DNA of 63,671 nt, the filler included. It is 3 parts of 3 records of this genome, joined end to end, with 100 filler letters (N's around TTAATTAATTAA, not from the genome) between each part and the next. Parts side by side here need not be neighbours in the genome. Positions count along the whole stretch, not along the records: positions 25,454 to 43,043 come from SRR31156797_4142; 2 more parts are not named here. One strand, 5' to 3'. This document shows, piece by piece, positions 28,799-39,604 of this stretch. Positions within the stretch are counted from its first letter, which is position 1. The number at the start of each line of letters is the position of its first letter. Both the position numbers and the translations under genes were made by a program. The notes beneath the pieces are model-generated. The model made no database searches, was not told the DNA's origin, and saw only the letters and a list, made by a program, of their open reading frames with translations.

Positions 28799-30286
28799 AT
28801 GAGTTTATTGTTGGAAGCCAAAGATATATGTAAATCCTTTCCCGGCGTCAAAGCCTTGAAGGACGTTTCTTTTCAGCTGGAGCCGGGGACCGTGCATGCC
28901 TTAATGGGCGAAAACGGCGCCGGTAAATCAACTCTGGTGAAATGCTTTATGGGAATCAATCTCCATGATAAGGGCGTGCTGACGGTTCTCGGAAAGGAGC
29001 ATAGGTTCCTTCATCCCAGACAAGCCATTGATGCCGGAATCGCGATGATCGAACAGGAGCTGACACCGGTGGATGAGATGACTGTCGCGGAGAATATCTA
29101 TCTGGGAAGGGAGAGCACGAAGAACGGTTTTTTTCTGGATTACGATGCTATGAATCTGAATGCCGAAGAGATGATGAAAGAGCTTGACCTGAACATCGAT
29201 GTTACCAGAAAGATGAGGGAACTGAGCCTGGCGGAAGTCCAGATGGTTGAGATCGCAAAAGCGTTTTCCTATGACTCTCAGATCATCATTATGGATGAGC
29301 CCACAAGTGCGATAGGCGAAAAGGAAGTTGAGAATCTGTTCAGGATTATCAGAATTCTGAAACAGCAGGGTAAGGGAATCATCTATGTTTCTCATAGGAT
29401 GGAAGAGATATTCGCGATTACAGATAAAATTACAATACTGAGAGATGGCGAGTATATCGACACAGTCGTCACGGCGGACACGGACAGATCGGAAGTCATT
29501 GAAAAGATGGTCGGACGCCGGGTGGATGAGGAGTATCAATCATCTAATGAACCTGAGGATGAGCTTATCCTGCAGGCAGTCGGATTTTCTCAAGCGAATG
29601 TGCTCAAAGACATATCCCTCGATCTCTATAAAGGTGAAATCCTGGGGATTTTCGGTCTGATGGGAGCCGGCAGAAGTGAATTTTGCGATCTTCTGTTCGG
29701 CGTAACGAAAAAAGATGAGGGAAAGCTGTTCATCCAAGGGAAAGAAGTGCCTGTAAACACTCCGAAGGATGCTATGAGAAATGGAATAGCCTATGTTACG
29801 GAGGATCGGAAGAACAGCGGATTGTTTCTGAAGGGAAGCGTAAAAGAGAACATCGCTTTGGCCTCTTTGAGAGAACTGAGTCGTTACGGGTTTATTGATG
29901 AGAGATCCGAGAGGGTCCGTGTTCATAAAATGGTTGATTTGTTCAGAGTGAAATCAAGCGGGCTTGATCATCTGGCTGTCAATCTGAGCGGGGGAAACCA
30001 GCAGAAGGTCGTACTGGGAAAATGGGTTTCCCGGGAACCGAAGATATTGATCCTCGATGAACCTACAAGGGGAATCGACGTCGGTGCCAAGCGAGAGATC
30101 TACGAGTTTATGACCCGTTACGCAAACCAGGGAAATTCGATCATCTTAATCTCATCGGAAATCCCTGAAATCCTTAAGATGAGCAATCGGATCATTGTAT
30201 TTAAAGACGGGGAAATTCAAAAAGAGCTCACTAGATCTGAGGCAAATCAGAATAACGTCATGCATTATGCCTCGGTGAGCGTATAA
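28799..30286 (+). CDS. Monosaccharide/polyol ABC transporter ATP-binding protein (RbsA/MglA type, two NBDs)
   Basis: GENGAGKST, IMDEPT, LSGGNQQK, DEPTRGIDVGAK. Start moved to ATG 28799, downstream of the sigma54 promoter. Confidence 0.96.
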   Translation: MSLLLEAKDICKSFPGVKALKDVSFQLEPGTVHALMGENGAGKSTLVKCFMGINLHDKGVLTVLGKEHRFLHPRQAIDAGIAMIEQELTPVDEMTVAENIYLGRESTKNGFFLDYDAMNLNAEEMMKELDLNIDVTRKMRELSLAEVQMVEIAKAFSYDSQIIIMDEPTSAIGEKEVENLFRIIRILKQQGKGIIYVSHRMEEIFAITDKITILRDGEYIDTVVTADTDRSEVIEKMVGRRVDEEYQSSNEPEDELILQAVGFSQANVLKDISLDLYKGEILGIFGLMGAGRSEFCDLLFGVTKKDEGKLFIQGKEVPVNTPKDAMRNGIAYVTEDRKNSGLFLKGSVKENIALASLRELSRYGFIDERSERVRVHKMVDLFRVKSSGLDHLAVNLSGGNQQKVVLGKWVSREPKILILDEPTRGIDVGAKREIYEFMTRYANQGNSIILISSEIPEILKMSNRIIVFKDGEIQKELTRSEANQNNVMHYASVSV

Positions 30287-30300
30287 AAATGGAGGAATAT

Positions 30301-31284
30301 ATGCAAACGGCAGAATTGAAAGGATCGATGAATAGGGAGTTTTTGATAAAAAAGGCAAGCGAGTATGCGATTGTTTTAGTCTTCTTCCTTTTCTGCGTCA
30401 TACTTTCGTTTATCAGTCCCTACTTTCTAACCAAACAGAATATTCTGAATGTTTTCAGACAGATATCCATTAACGGCCTGCTTTCGATCGGAATGACCTT
30501 CGTCATTCTAACGGGGGGGATAGATCTTTCCGTCGGATCGGTTCTGGCTTTCGGCGGCGTCGTGGCCGCCAGTCTGGCAAGTCCCGCATACGGAGGAGTC
30601 GTCGCTCCGACTGCGGTAAGCTACGGCGTGGCCGTTCTGGCGGGCGTCGTCCTCGGCGCCGTTACAGGCGGAATCATTGCCAAGTGGAACGTCGCGCCCT
30701 TTGTCGTCACCCTCGGGATGATGAGCATCGCCAGAGGTTTTACCTTCATTTACACCAACGGAATGCCTGTCCCTCAGATCGACAAGGGCTTCCTTTTCAT
30801 CGGAAAAGGATCCTTCCTGGGTCTGCCCATGCCCGTCGTCGTCTTCGCCTTGATCTTTGTCCTCGCCTGGATCGCTCTGTATAAGACGAGGTTCGGCCGC
30901 TATGTATACGCCGTCGGCGGTAGCGAAAAGAGTGCGAAAATTTCTGGAATCAACACAAGGTTCATCATCTTTATGGTCTATGTCATTTGCGGCTTCCTGT
31001 CCTCTCTGGCCGGTGTCATTCTGACGGCCCGGACGACGGCCGGATTGCCCCAGGCCGGCACGTCTTATGAGCTCGACGCCATCGCCGCCGTCGTTATCGG
31101 AGGCACGAGTCTGTCCGGTGGCCAGGGGAGGCTGGTGGGAACCATTTTCGGAGTCCTGATCATCGGTGTTATCAGTAACGGTCTGGATATTCTGGGCGTG
31201 TCATCCTATTACCAGCAGGTCGCCAAGGGCATGATCATCGTGGCGGCTGTCCTGCTGGATTCATTTCGGAAGGTGAAGAGCTGA
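30301..31284 (+). CDS. Sugar ABC transporter permease (RbsC family)
   Basis: GGIDLSVG, TRFGRYVYAVG, YELDAIAAVVIGG; GGAGG RBS before ATG 30301. Confidence 0.96.
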   Translation: MQTAELKGSMNREFLIKKASEYAIVLVFFLFCVILSFISPYFLTKQNILNVFRQISINGLLSIGMTFVILTGGIDLSVGSVLAFGGVVAASLASPAYGGVVAPTAVSYGVAVLAGVVLGAVTGGIIAKWNVAPFVVTLGMMSIARGFTFIYTNGMPVPQIDKGFLFIGKGSFLGLPMPVVVFALIFVLAWIALYKTRFGRYVYAVGGSEKSAKISGINTRFIIFMVYVICGFLSSLAGVILTARTTAGLPQAGTSYELDAIAAVVIGGTSLSGGQGRLVGTIFGVLIIGVISNGLDILGVSSYYQQVAKGMIIVAAVLLDSFRKVKS

Positions 31285-31329
31285 TCGGGCTTTTCATTAA
31301 ATATTTATTTTATCCTAAGGGAGGTTTCT

Positions 31330-32355
31330 ATGAAAACTTTGAAGAAGGCTGTCGTATCGGCACTGCTTATCGCCGGGCTTTGCAGCATGGCATTTGCCAA
31401 CGGTCAACAGGATGCGGACGGCCCTCAGAAGTACAGAGTCGGTGCTGCGGTTTACGGTCTCAAAGGAGAGTATATGAGACTATGGGCTACGGCGCTCGAA
31501 CGCCATCCCGCTGTCACAAGCGGTCTCGTGGACGTAACCGTATATGACGGCCAGTATGACGCCGGTGTTCAGCAGTCCCAGTTTGAGACTATGGCTTCTC
31601 AGCAGTTTGATGCCATCCTTTTCGTTCCCATCGATATCGAGGCCGGAGCTGCTGCTGTAGAGGTCGCTGCGGAGGCTGGTATTCCCGTAATCGGTTCCAA
31701 TACCAGAGTCAACAGCGACAAGCTGACCTCTTATATCGGATCCAATGACGTAAAGTCCGGATACATGGAAGCGAAAGCCGTTATCGAAGCCATGGGCGGT
31801 TCCGGCAATGTCGTTATCATCGAAGGCCCCATCGGTCAGTCTGCCCAGATTGAAAGAAGAAAGGGCAATATGAAAGCTATCGAGGAGTACTCGGGCGTCA
31901 ATGTCATCGAAATGAAAACCGCCAACTGGTCCAGAGCCGAGGCCATGAGCCTTATGGAAAACTGGCTGAGCGCCCATCCCGGGGAGATCGACGGAATCAT
32001 CGGACAGAATGACGAAATGGCCCTTGGCGCCATCCAGGCTGTGAAAGACGCCGGACTGGATATTTCTGACTTCCCGACCGCCGGTATAGACGGTGTAACC
32101 GATGCTATGCTGGCTGTTAAGAATAATGAGATGGTCAGTATTCTTCAGAATGCAGTAGGACAGGCACAGGGCGCCCTCGACCTCGCTCTGAGAGCTGTTA
32201 TCGGAGAATCTTATACCCCTGAAGCCGCGTGCTGGGAAAGCATGGAATGGGGAAGCACTATGCAGGACGTCTATAACGTGCCCTGGGTTCCCATTACCCT
32301 GGATAACGTAGACGGACTTCTTCAGGAAAGAGAAGCTCTGACAACCAGAAATTAA
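31330..32355 (+). CDS. Sugar/polyol ABC substrate-binding protein (periplasmic binding protein type 1; threitol/xylitol-binder-like)
   Basis: Spirochaete-style signal ...AFANGQQD; ANWSRAEA, QNDEMALGA, GIDG. The ligand is an inference from neighbouring genes. Confidence 0.9.
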   Translation: MKTLKKAVVSALLIAGLCSMAFANGQQDADGPQKYRVGAAVYGLKGEYMRLWATALERHPAVTSGLVDVTVYDGQYDAGVQQSQFETMASQQFDAILFVPIDIEAGAAAVEVAAEAGIPVIGSNTRVNSDKLTSYIGSNDVKSGYMEAKAVIEAMGGSGNVVIIEGPIGQSAQIERRKGNMKAIEEYSGVNVIEMKTANWSRAEAMSLMENWLSAHPGEIDGIIGQNDEMALGAIQAVKDAGLDISDFPTAGIDGVTDAMLAVKNNEMVSILQNAVGQAQGALDLALRAVIGESYTPEAACWESMEWGSTMQDVYNVPWVPITLDNVDGLLQEREALTTRN

Positions 32356-32361
32356 CAAAGC

Positions 32362-32393
32362 GGCACTATCGGCCCTGCACGGCCGGTAGTGCC
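32362..32393 (+). other. Intra-operon stem-loop after the SBP gene (no U-tract)
   Basis: GGCACTATCGGCC-ctgcac-GGCCGGTAGTGCC. Confidence 0.7.
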
Positions 32394-32413
32394 TGACAAC
32401 ATGGGGTGTTGCT

Positions 32414-33190
32414 ATGATTCAATATAAAGACTTTGATAAAAATTTCAACCTGAATGGAAAAAACGCCGTGATTACCGGCGGCGCGAAGGGCATTGGCAAG
32501 GCCATCGCGACAATGTATGCGGAAAAAGGCGCAGACCTTTGCCTATTCGATATCTCTGATTCCGGAATGGACACGGCCTGGGAGCTTGAAGAAAAATATA
32601 ATATAAAATGCTTCTTTGCTAAAACAGATATTACCGACATGGAAAATCTGAAAAACTCTGCGGACTACGCTGAAGAGAAGCTTGGTTCAATAGATATATT
32701 GGTGAATAACGCCGGCGTCGTTTTTCTGGATAATGCTGAAAAACTGAGTGAAGAGGAATGGGACAAAACCATCGCCGTTAATCAGAAATCCGTGTTTTTA
32801 GCGTCCCAGGTTATCGGAAACAGAATGATCGCCAGAGGCGGCGGAAAGATCGTCAATATGGCCTCTCAGGCGGGGGTCATCGCTCTTGATAAACACATCG
32901 CCTACTGCGCGACCAAGGCTGCCGTTATTTCCATGACGAAAGTGCTTGCCTTCGAATGGGCAAAATACGGTATCAACGTCAATGCTATTTCTCCCACCGT
33001 TGTGCTTACGGAGCTGGGCAAGAAGGCCTGGGCCGGTGAGGTCGGCGAGGAAATGAAGAAGCTCATACCCAATGGCAGATTCGCCTATCCTGATGAGATC
33101 GCGGGAGTCGCCCTGTTCCTGGCAAGCGATGCGGCCGCGATGATCAATGGCGAGAACATTATGATCGATGGCGGCTATTCAATCAAGTAG
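32414..33190 (+). CDS. SDR dehydrogenase, GolD/DthD (D-threitol dehydrogenase-like) family
   Basis: TGGAKGIG, NNAG, YCATK, and the family-typical ASQAGVIAL..H.AY and SPTVVLTELGKKAW.G..GE. Confidence 0.85.
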   Translation: MIQYKDFDKNFNLNGKNAVITGGAKGIGKAIATMYAEKGADLCLFDISDSGMDTAWELEEKYNIKCFFAKTDITDMENLKNSADYAEEKLGSIDILVNNAGVVFLDNAEKLSEEEWDKTIAVNQKSVFLASQVIGNRMIARGGGKIVNMASQAGVIALDKHIAYCATKAAVISMTKVLAFEWAKYGINVNAISPTVVLTELGKKAWAGEVGEEMKKLIPNGRFAYPDEIAGVALFLASDAAAMINGENIMIDGGYSIK

Positions 33191-33210
33191 TAACGGGAGG
33201 GTCTCAATAT

Positions 33211-33666
33211 ATGAATATCGCAATCGGATGTGATGAAGCCGGGTTTGAATTGAAAGAAGTCATCCTGAACTATTTGAACGATGCCGGTTTTGAAGTCGAA
33301 GACTATGGCGTATACGATGTCAATCCTGTCTTGTATCCCGACATAGCTCTGAAGGTAGCCGAGGCAGTTGCTGAAGGAAAACAGGAAAGAGGAATTCTAA
33401 TCTGCGGTACGGGTATCGGCATGGCGATTACGGCGAACAAAGTGCCGGGAATCCGGGCTGCCCAGTGTCATGATACTTTTTCCGCCGAAAGGGCGCAGCT
33501 GAGCAACAATGCCCAGATCATAACCTTTGGAGCCCGGGTGATCGGTCCTGAACTGGCCAAGAAGATCGTCAATACATGGGTGAACCTTAGCTATAAAGAC
33601 GGCAGATCCACGCCAAAAATCCAAAGGATCACGGATATCGATCAGAAATATCATGGTTTCGGTTAA
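33211..33666 (+). CDS. RpiB/LacAB-family sugar-phosphate isomerase (DerI-like, erythrulose-4-P isomerase candidate)
   Basis: CGTGIGMAITANKVPGIRAA, HDTFSAERA, GARVIG. Confidence 0.9.
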   Translation: MNIAIGCDEAGFELKEVILNYLNDAGFEVEDYGVYDVNPVLYPDIALKVAEAVAEGKQERGILICGTGIGMAITANKVPGIRAAQCHDTFSAERAQLSNNAQIITFGARVIGPELAKKIVNTWVNLSYKDGRSTPKIQRITDIDQKYHGFG

Positions 33667-33684
33667 TTAAAAAAGGAGATTCGA

Positions 33685-34689
33685 ATGCAGAGAATTATAA
33701 ATGATCCCAATCTTGTCGTAGAAGATATGCTGAAAGGCTTTCTCAAGACCCACAAAGACATTGTTTCCCCCACGGAGCATGAACGGGTTGTTAAATATAG
33801 AGAGGCCCCCGTAGACGGAAAAGTCGGTGTTATTACCGGGGGAGGATCAGGGCACAAGCCTGCCTTTGTCGGGTATGTGGGAAAGAACATGGTTGATGCA
33901 GTTGCAGTGGGAGAGGTGTTCGCCTCTCCCACTGCGAAAGCCTTCTTCCAGGCCATGAAAGAGGCGGACTCAGGAGAGGGCGTCGCCTGTCTGTATGGAA
34001 ATTATGCCGGCGACAACATGAATGTCAAAATGGCCGTCCGTATGGCTGAAAAGGCCGGCATAACCGTCAGGACTGTAGTGGCCAACGACGATGCCGCCTC
34101 CGCTCCCAAGGCTGAGATGGAAAAAAGACGCGGCGTCGCCGGTGAGATCCTGATGTGGAAGGCCGGAGGGGCCAAAGCCGCTCTGGGCGGCTCCCTGGAC
34201 GAGGTTATCGCTGCAGCCCAGAAGGCTATCGATAATACAAGAAGCGTGGGAATAGGCCTCAGCTCCTGTACCATTCCCGCGGTGGGGCACCCCAACTTCT
34301 CCATTGAAGAAGGGAAGATGGAGGTCGGCATCGGGCACCATGGAGAGCCCGGTATCAAGGTCGAGGAGCTGACGTCAGCCGATGAGATGGCGGCATCCAT
34401 GCTGGATGTGATCCTTCCCGATCTTCCCTTCGAGAAGGGGGACGACGTTGTTGTGCTCTTATCAGGACTCGGCGCGACGCCTGTGATGGAACAGTATATC
34501 CTGTTCAACAAAGTGGAAGAGCTCCTTAGTGAAAAAGGTATATCCATCCACAGGTCCTATGTGGGAAACTACTTCACTTCTCTTGAGATGATGGGAGCGA
34601 CCCTTACCGTTATGAAACTGGATAATGAGCTGAAAACCCTCGTGGATATGGAAGTGGATACCATGGGTCTGAAGCAGTTCGGAGTATAA
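33685..34689 (+). CDS. DhaK-family kinase substrate-binding subunit (erythrulose/dihydroxyacetone kinase)
   Basis: GGGSGHKPAF.GYVG, NYAGD.MN, RRGVAG, GIGHHGEPG, TSLEM. Confidence 0.93.
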   Translation: MQRIINDPNLVVEDMLKGFLKTHKDIVSPTEHERVVKYREAPVDGKVGVITGGGSGHKPAFVGYVGKNMVDAVAVGEVFASPTAKAFFQAMKEADSGEGVACLYGNYAGDNMNVKMAVRMAEKAGITVRTVVANDDAASAPKAEMEKRRGVAGEILMWKAGGAKAALGGSLDEVIAAAQKAIDNTRSVGIGLSSCTIPAVGHPNFSIEEGKMEVGIGHHGEPGIKVEELTSADEMAASMLDVILPDLPFEKGDDVVVLLSGLGATPVMEQYILFNKVEELLSEKGISIHRSYVGNYFTSLEMMGATLTVMKLDNELKTLVDMEVDTMGLKQFGV

Positions 34690-34699
34690 GGATTAAGCT

Positions 34700-35344
34700 A
34701 TGGCGGATACGTTTAATAACAGTGGGGCTCAGGTCGTCGTTGAGGATCTGGTGGAATGTATAAAGAACAATGTCGACTACCTGAGCGAAGTGGACGGTAA
34801 GATAGCCGACGGAGATCACGGAATCAATATGCAGAAGGGGTTTGCCATCACGGGGAGGCGAATCGAGGGCAAGTCTCTGAGCTTTACAGACGCGATGAAT
34901 GTCCTGTCCGATGTGCTTCTGACAGAAATCGGAGGCTCTATGGGACCGATTTACGGAAGCTGCTTCCTGGAGCTCGGCGATGGCTGCGCCGGTATTGAGA
35001 GCGTGGATAAACAGACTTATCTCAAATCCTTCGAATCGGCGCTGGACGCTGTCGTATCCCTCGGAGGCGCAAAGCTGGGTGACAAAACCATGCTGGACGC
35101 CATGATCCCCGGAGTGGAGGCTCTGAGGGCCGCCGTCGAGGCCGATAAGCCTTTTGCGGTTTGCCTTGATGAGATGTCTGCTGCGGCAAAGGCGGGGATG
35201 GAATCAACAGAGGATATGATCGCGAAGATCGGTAGATCGGCCCGGTTGGGGGAGCGGTCCAGAGGTGTTCTGGATGCGGGGGCCCTATCCTGTTCTCTTA
35301 TCATCGAGAGCATGGGTAATACCATTAAAGGATTGATAGATTAG
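34700..35344 (+). CDS. DhaL-family kinase nucleotide-binding subunit
   Basis: DGDHGINM.KGF, GGSMGPIYG, GDKTMLDA, A.IGRSARLGERS.G.LDAG. Confidence 0.93.
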   Translation: MADTFNNSGAQVVVEDLVECIKNNVDYLSEVDGKIADGDHGINMQKGFAITGRRIEGKSLSFTDAMNVLSDVLLTEIGGSMGPIYGSCFLELGDGCAGIESVDKQTYLKSFESALDAVVSLGGAKLGDKTMLDAMIPGVEALRAAVEADKPFAVCLDEMSAAAKAGMESTEDMIAKIGRSARLGERSRGVLDAGALSCSLIIESMGNTIKGLID

Positions 35345-35380
35345 CAGTTGGGAACCGCATCTTCTTATCTCTCTCGCAAG

Positions 35381-35426
35381 ACTTCAAAGCTCTGAACCGT
35401 CATTCGATATGCCAGAGCTTTGAAGT
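35381..35426. repeat. Perfect 14-bp inverted repeat at the operon end (possible terminator)
   Basis: ACTTCAAAGCTCTG-N18-CAGAGCTTTGAAGT. Confidence 0.7.
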
Positions 35427-35574
35427 TTGAAGCACTATTGTTCTTCGTAGGAGTTCTTTTCTCTTATAAAGTCTTGTAAGTGTATCAACGATCCGGCAAC
35501 ATGGAACGCAAATAAGGATGCCCATGCAAAAGCGGGGATTGATTAATACCCTTATCCCGGCGGATGATGGTCCT

Positions 35575-36357
35575 ATGAGTGAATACAGAGAGTTTCTTAA
35601 TAAGACCATATTGAAAGCCGGCTCCATTGCCATGGACTACCGGAGAGACCTGAAAAAAATAAGGGTGGAAAGCAAAAACACCAGCAAGGATATCGTCACC
35701 GAGGCGGATAAAGCGGTAGAGCGCTTTATCCGGGAGGAGCTTGCCAGGGAGTATCCCGAGCATGCGATAACGGGTGAGGAAGAGGGCGCGTCCGGGGATC
35801 ATGAGTACCGCTGGATCATCGATCCCATCGACGGTACGGTCTCCTATCTTCATGAACAGCCCTTTTTCGCCGTGTCCATCGCCTTGAGCCGGAAAGACGA
35901 GGTCGTGCTGGGAGCGGTCTACGCTCCCGTTCTGGGCGAACTGTTCTTCGCTGAGAAGGGCAGGGGAGCCACCCTGAATGGTGAACCCATCCGTGTCAGC
36001 GGGGAGGCTCAACTGGACCAGTCTGTGGTCGCCACAGGCTTCATCTGCCTGCGGGACAATCATGAGAAAAACAATCTTCCGGCCTTCAATGCGGTGGCTC
36101 CCAGAGTACGGGGGGTAAGGCGTTTCGGCGCGGCTTCTCTCGACCTCTGCTATGTGGCGGCCGGCCGGCTCGAGGCCTACTGGGAAGGCAATCTGAATCT
36201 CTACGACATCGCTGCCGGGGCCCTGATCGTGAAGGAAGCCGGGGGGGCGGTGACGAACTACGACGGCTGTCAGGCCGGGGTTCCGCAGGAGATGATCGCC
36301 AGCAACGGCTCGGTTCATGAAAGCCTGTGCGATCTGATCCGGCCCTGCTGGAGATAG
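35575..36357 (+). CDS. Inositol monophosphatase family protein (SuhB-like)
   Basis: [34 protein letters not shown]. Confidence 0.93.
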   Translation: MSEYREFLNKTILKAGSIAMDYRRDLKKIRVESKNTSKDIVTEADKAVERFIREELAREYPEHAITGEEEGASGDHEYRWIIDPIDGTVSYLHEQPFFAVSIALSRKDEVVLGAVYAPVLGELFFAEKGRGATLNGEPIRVSGEAQLDQSVVATGFICLRDNHEKNNLPAFNAVAPRVRGVRRFGAASLDLCYVAAGRLEAYWEGNLNLYDIAAGALIVKEAGGAVTNYDGCQAGVPQEMIASNGSVHESLCDLIRPCWR

Positions 36358-36410
36358 GATCTGATTATCGCCGGCAATCTAACGTAGCTCCCATTTCCAA
36401 TAATATCCTA

Positions 36411-36440
36411 TTGCCAGTTGGCGGGCGTGGGGATTATACT
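36411..36440 (+). promoter_or_regulatory. Sigma70 promoter of asnS (probably leaderless transcript)
   Basis: TTGCCA-N18-TATACT, then 6 nt to the ATG, with no Shine-Dalgarno. Confidence 0.7.
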
Positions 36441-36446
36441 GCCGCT

Positions 36447-37829
<1,383 letters not shown>

Positions 37830-37858
37830 TCCGTCTGATTCGCATGTAAGCTGAGACG

Positions 37859-38911
37859 ATGTTTGAGTTTCTGAACTATTCCTATCCCCGCCTTCTGGAC
37901 TATGTTCATGCGTCCAGGGGGAAGAAGAGCGCCTACGGGGACGCCCTGTTCCGTCAGCTCTACGGAAGCCCCAAGGGCCGGACCGGCTTCCCCGAATCGA
38001 TGGCCTTCAAGGCCTTTCTGGACGAGGTCCTGCAGGATGATCTGCCGCCCCTTGCCGGCCGGCAGGAGGAAGGGGGGACGGTTAAGTTCCTTCTCCGGAT
38101 GGATGACGAAGGGGAGACGGGGGTCGGCAGCGAGTCGGTGATCATCCCCATGCGGGGGCACAGCACCCTCTGCGTCTCTTCCCAGCTCGGCTGCCGCTAC
38201 GGCTGTTCCTTCTGCGCCACGGGCCAGCTCGGACTGATCAGGGATCTCAGCGCCGCCGAGATCGTGGCCCAGGTCCTCAGAGCCGGGCAGCAGCCCGAGG
38301 GAAAGGGGCTGCGGAACATCGTCTTCATGGGCATGGGCGAGCCCCTGGACAACTTTGAAAACCTGATAGAGGCCCTGAGGATCCTTTCCGACGAGAGGGG
38401 GCTGGACATCCCCAAGAGGCGGATATCCGTCTCAACGGCGGGGCATGCGGAGGGGATCAGACGGCTCAGCGCCCTATGCCGGGAAAAGAGAGAGGAGAAC
38501 TTCCATACCCTCCATCTTTCCCTGAGCCTGCACAGCGCCGTTGAGGAGATCCGCAGGGAATTGATGCCCATTACCCGAGTCTATCCCCTTCGGGATCTGA
38601 AGGAGGCCCTTGAGGATTCTCCCTACGCCTCATTGAAAGACGGCCTCTATATCGAGTACCTGCATATCCCCGGCGTAACGGACCGGGAAAGGGATCTGGA
38701 CGCCCTGAAGGGCTTTCTGGATGGCTTGAGAGCCAATATCAACCTGATTCCTTACAATCCCGTTAAAGGAAGCCCCTGGAGGGCACCGACAAGTGAAGAG
38801 ACGGATAGTCTCTGGAGCCTTATCCGGGAAGAGGGCTATGCCTGCCGGACCCGGAAGAGCAAAGGAGAGTCCATGATGGCCGCCTGCGGGCAGTTGGGAT
38901 CAAGGAGCTGA
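37859..38911 (+). CDS. RlmN/Cfr-family radical SAM RNA methyltransferase (divergent)
   Basis: CVSSQLGCRYGCSFC, VFMGMGEP, SLH, NLIPYN, AACGQL. Confidence 0.9.
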   Translation: MFEFLNYSYPRLLDYVHASRGKKSAYGDALFRQLYGSPKGRTGFPESMAFKAFLDEVLQDDLPPLAGRQEEGGTVKFLLRMDDEGETGVGSESVIIPMRGHSTLCVSSQLGCRYGCSFCATGQLGLIRDLSAAEIVAQVLRAGQQPEGKGLRNIVFMGMGEPLDNFENLIEALRILSDERGLDIPKRRISVSTAGHAEGIRRLSALCREKREENFHTLHLSLSLHSAVEEIRRELMPITRVYPLRDLKEALEDSPYASLKDGLYIEYLHIPGVTDRERDLDALKGFLDGLRANINLIPYNPVKGSPWRAPTSEETDSLWSLIREEGYACRTRKSKGESMMAACGQLGSRS

Positions 38912-38920
38912 AGGATTATT

Positions 38921-39568
38921 ATGGGGCAGACAGACAGCAGCAATACGTTTAACAAGATGGCGCAGAACATTCCCATCAACACCGTGATCTTCCGGGAGGG
39001 AGAGATGGGACGGGAGATGTATGTCATCATGGAAGGGGAGGTGGAGATCCGCAAGAAGACGGGGAAGAACTCTTACAAAACCCTGGTCATCCTGAAGAAG
39101 GGTGATTTCTTCGGAGAGATGGCCATTATAGAGAACAAGCCCCGAACCGCCACGGCCGTCGCCAAGAGCGCCACCCGGCTCCTGAAACTGGATACGGAGG
39201 CCTTCTACAATATGGTGGAGAAGAGCTCGGACTTCGGGGTCAAGATGATCAAAACCCTGTCGTCCAGGCTCCGTCGGGCGGATCATCTGATCGAGTACCT
39301 TCTGGGTTCCAACGAGGAGAAGCAGGTCATTATGGGACTGGCCTCCTATGTGAAGAGCCGTCCCGAGACCGATACGGGCAGCGGAGAGTACAGGATCGTC
39401 CTGCGCGACTTCCTCCGCTGGTCCTCCCAGAGCCTCGGCTATCCCGATCAGATGGTGCAGGACGCCATCAAGCGCCTTATCAGCCGCAAGGTGGTCACCG
39501 TTTATGATCCTCCCGGACGGATCACCGAGATCTTCCTGGCGCAGAATCTGATGAACCGGCTCCTTTAG
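38921..39568 (+). CDS. Cyclic-nucleotide-binding domain protein (Crp-like)
   Basis: IFREG, MYVI.EG.V, GDFFGEMA, PRTATA. Confidence 0.88.
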   Translation: MGQTDSSNTFNKMAQNIPINTVIFREGEMGREMYVIMEGEVEIRKKTGKNSYKTLVILKKGDFFGEMAIIENKPRTATAVAKSATRLLKLDTEAFYNMVEKSSDFGVKMIKTLSSRLRRADHLIEYLLGSNEEKQVIMGLASYVKSRPETDTGSGEYRIVLRDFLRWSSQSLGYPDQMVQDAIKRLISRKVVTVYDPPGRITEIFLAQNLMNRLL

Positions 39569-39604
39569 TCGGATCCATCGGATAAAGGCCGACTCCCCTT
39601 CGTT

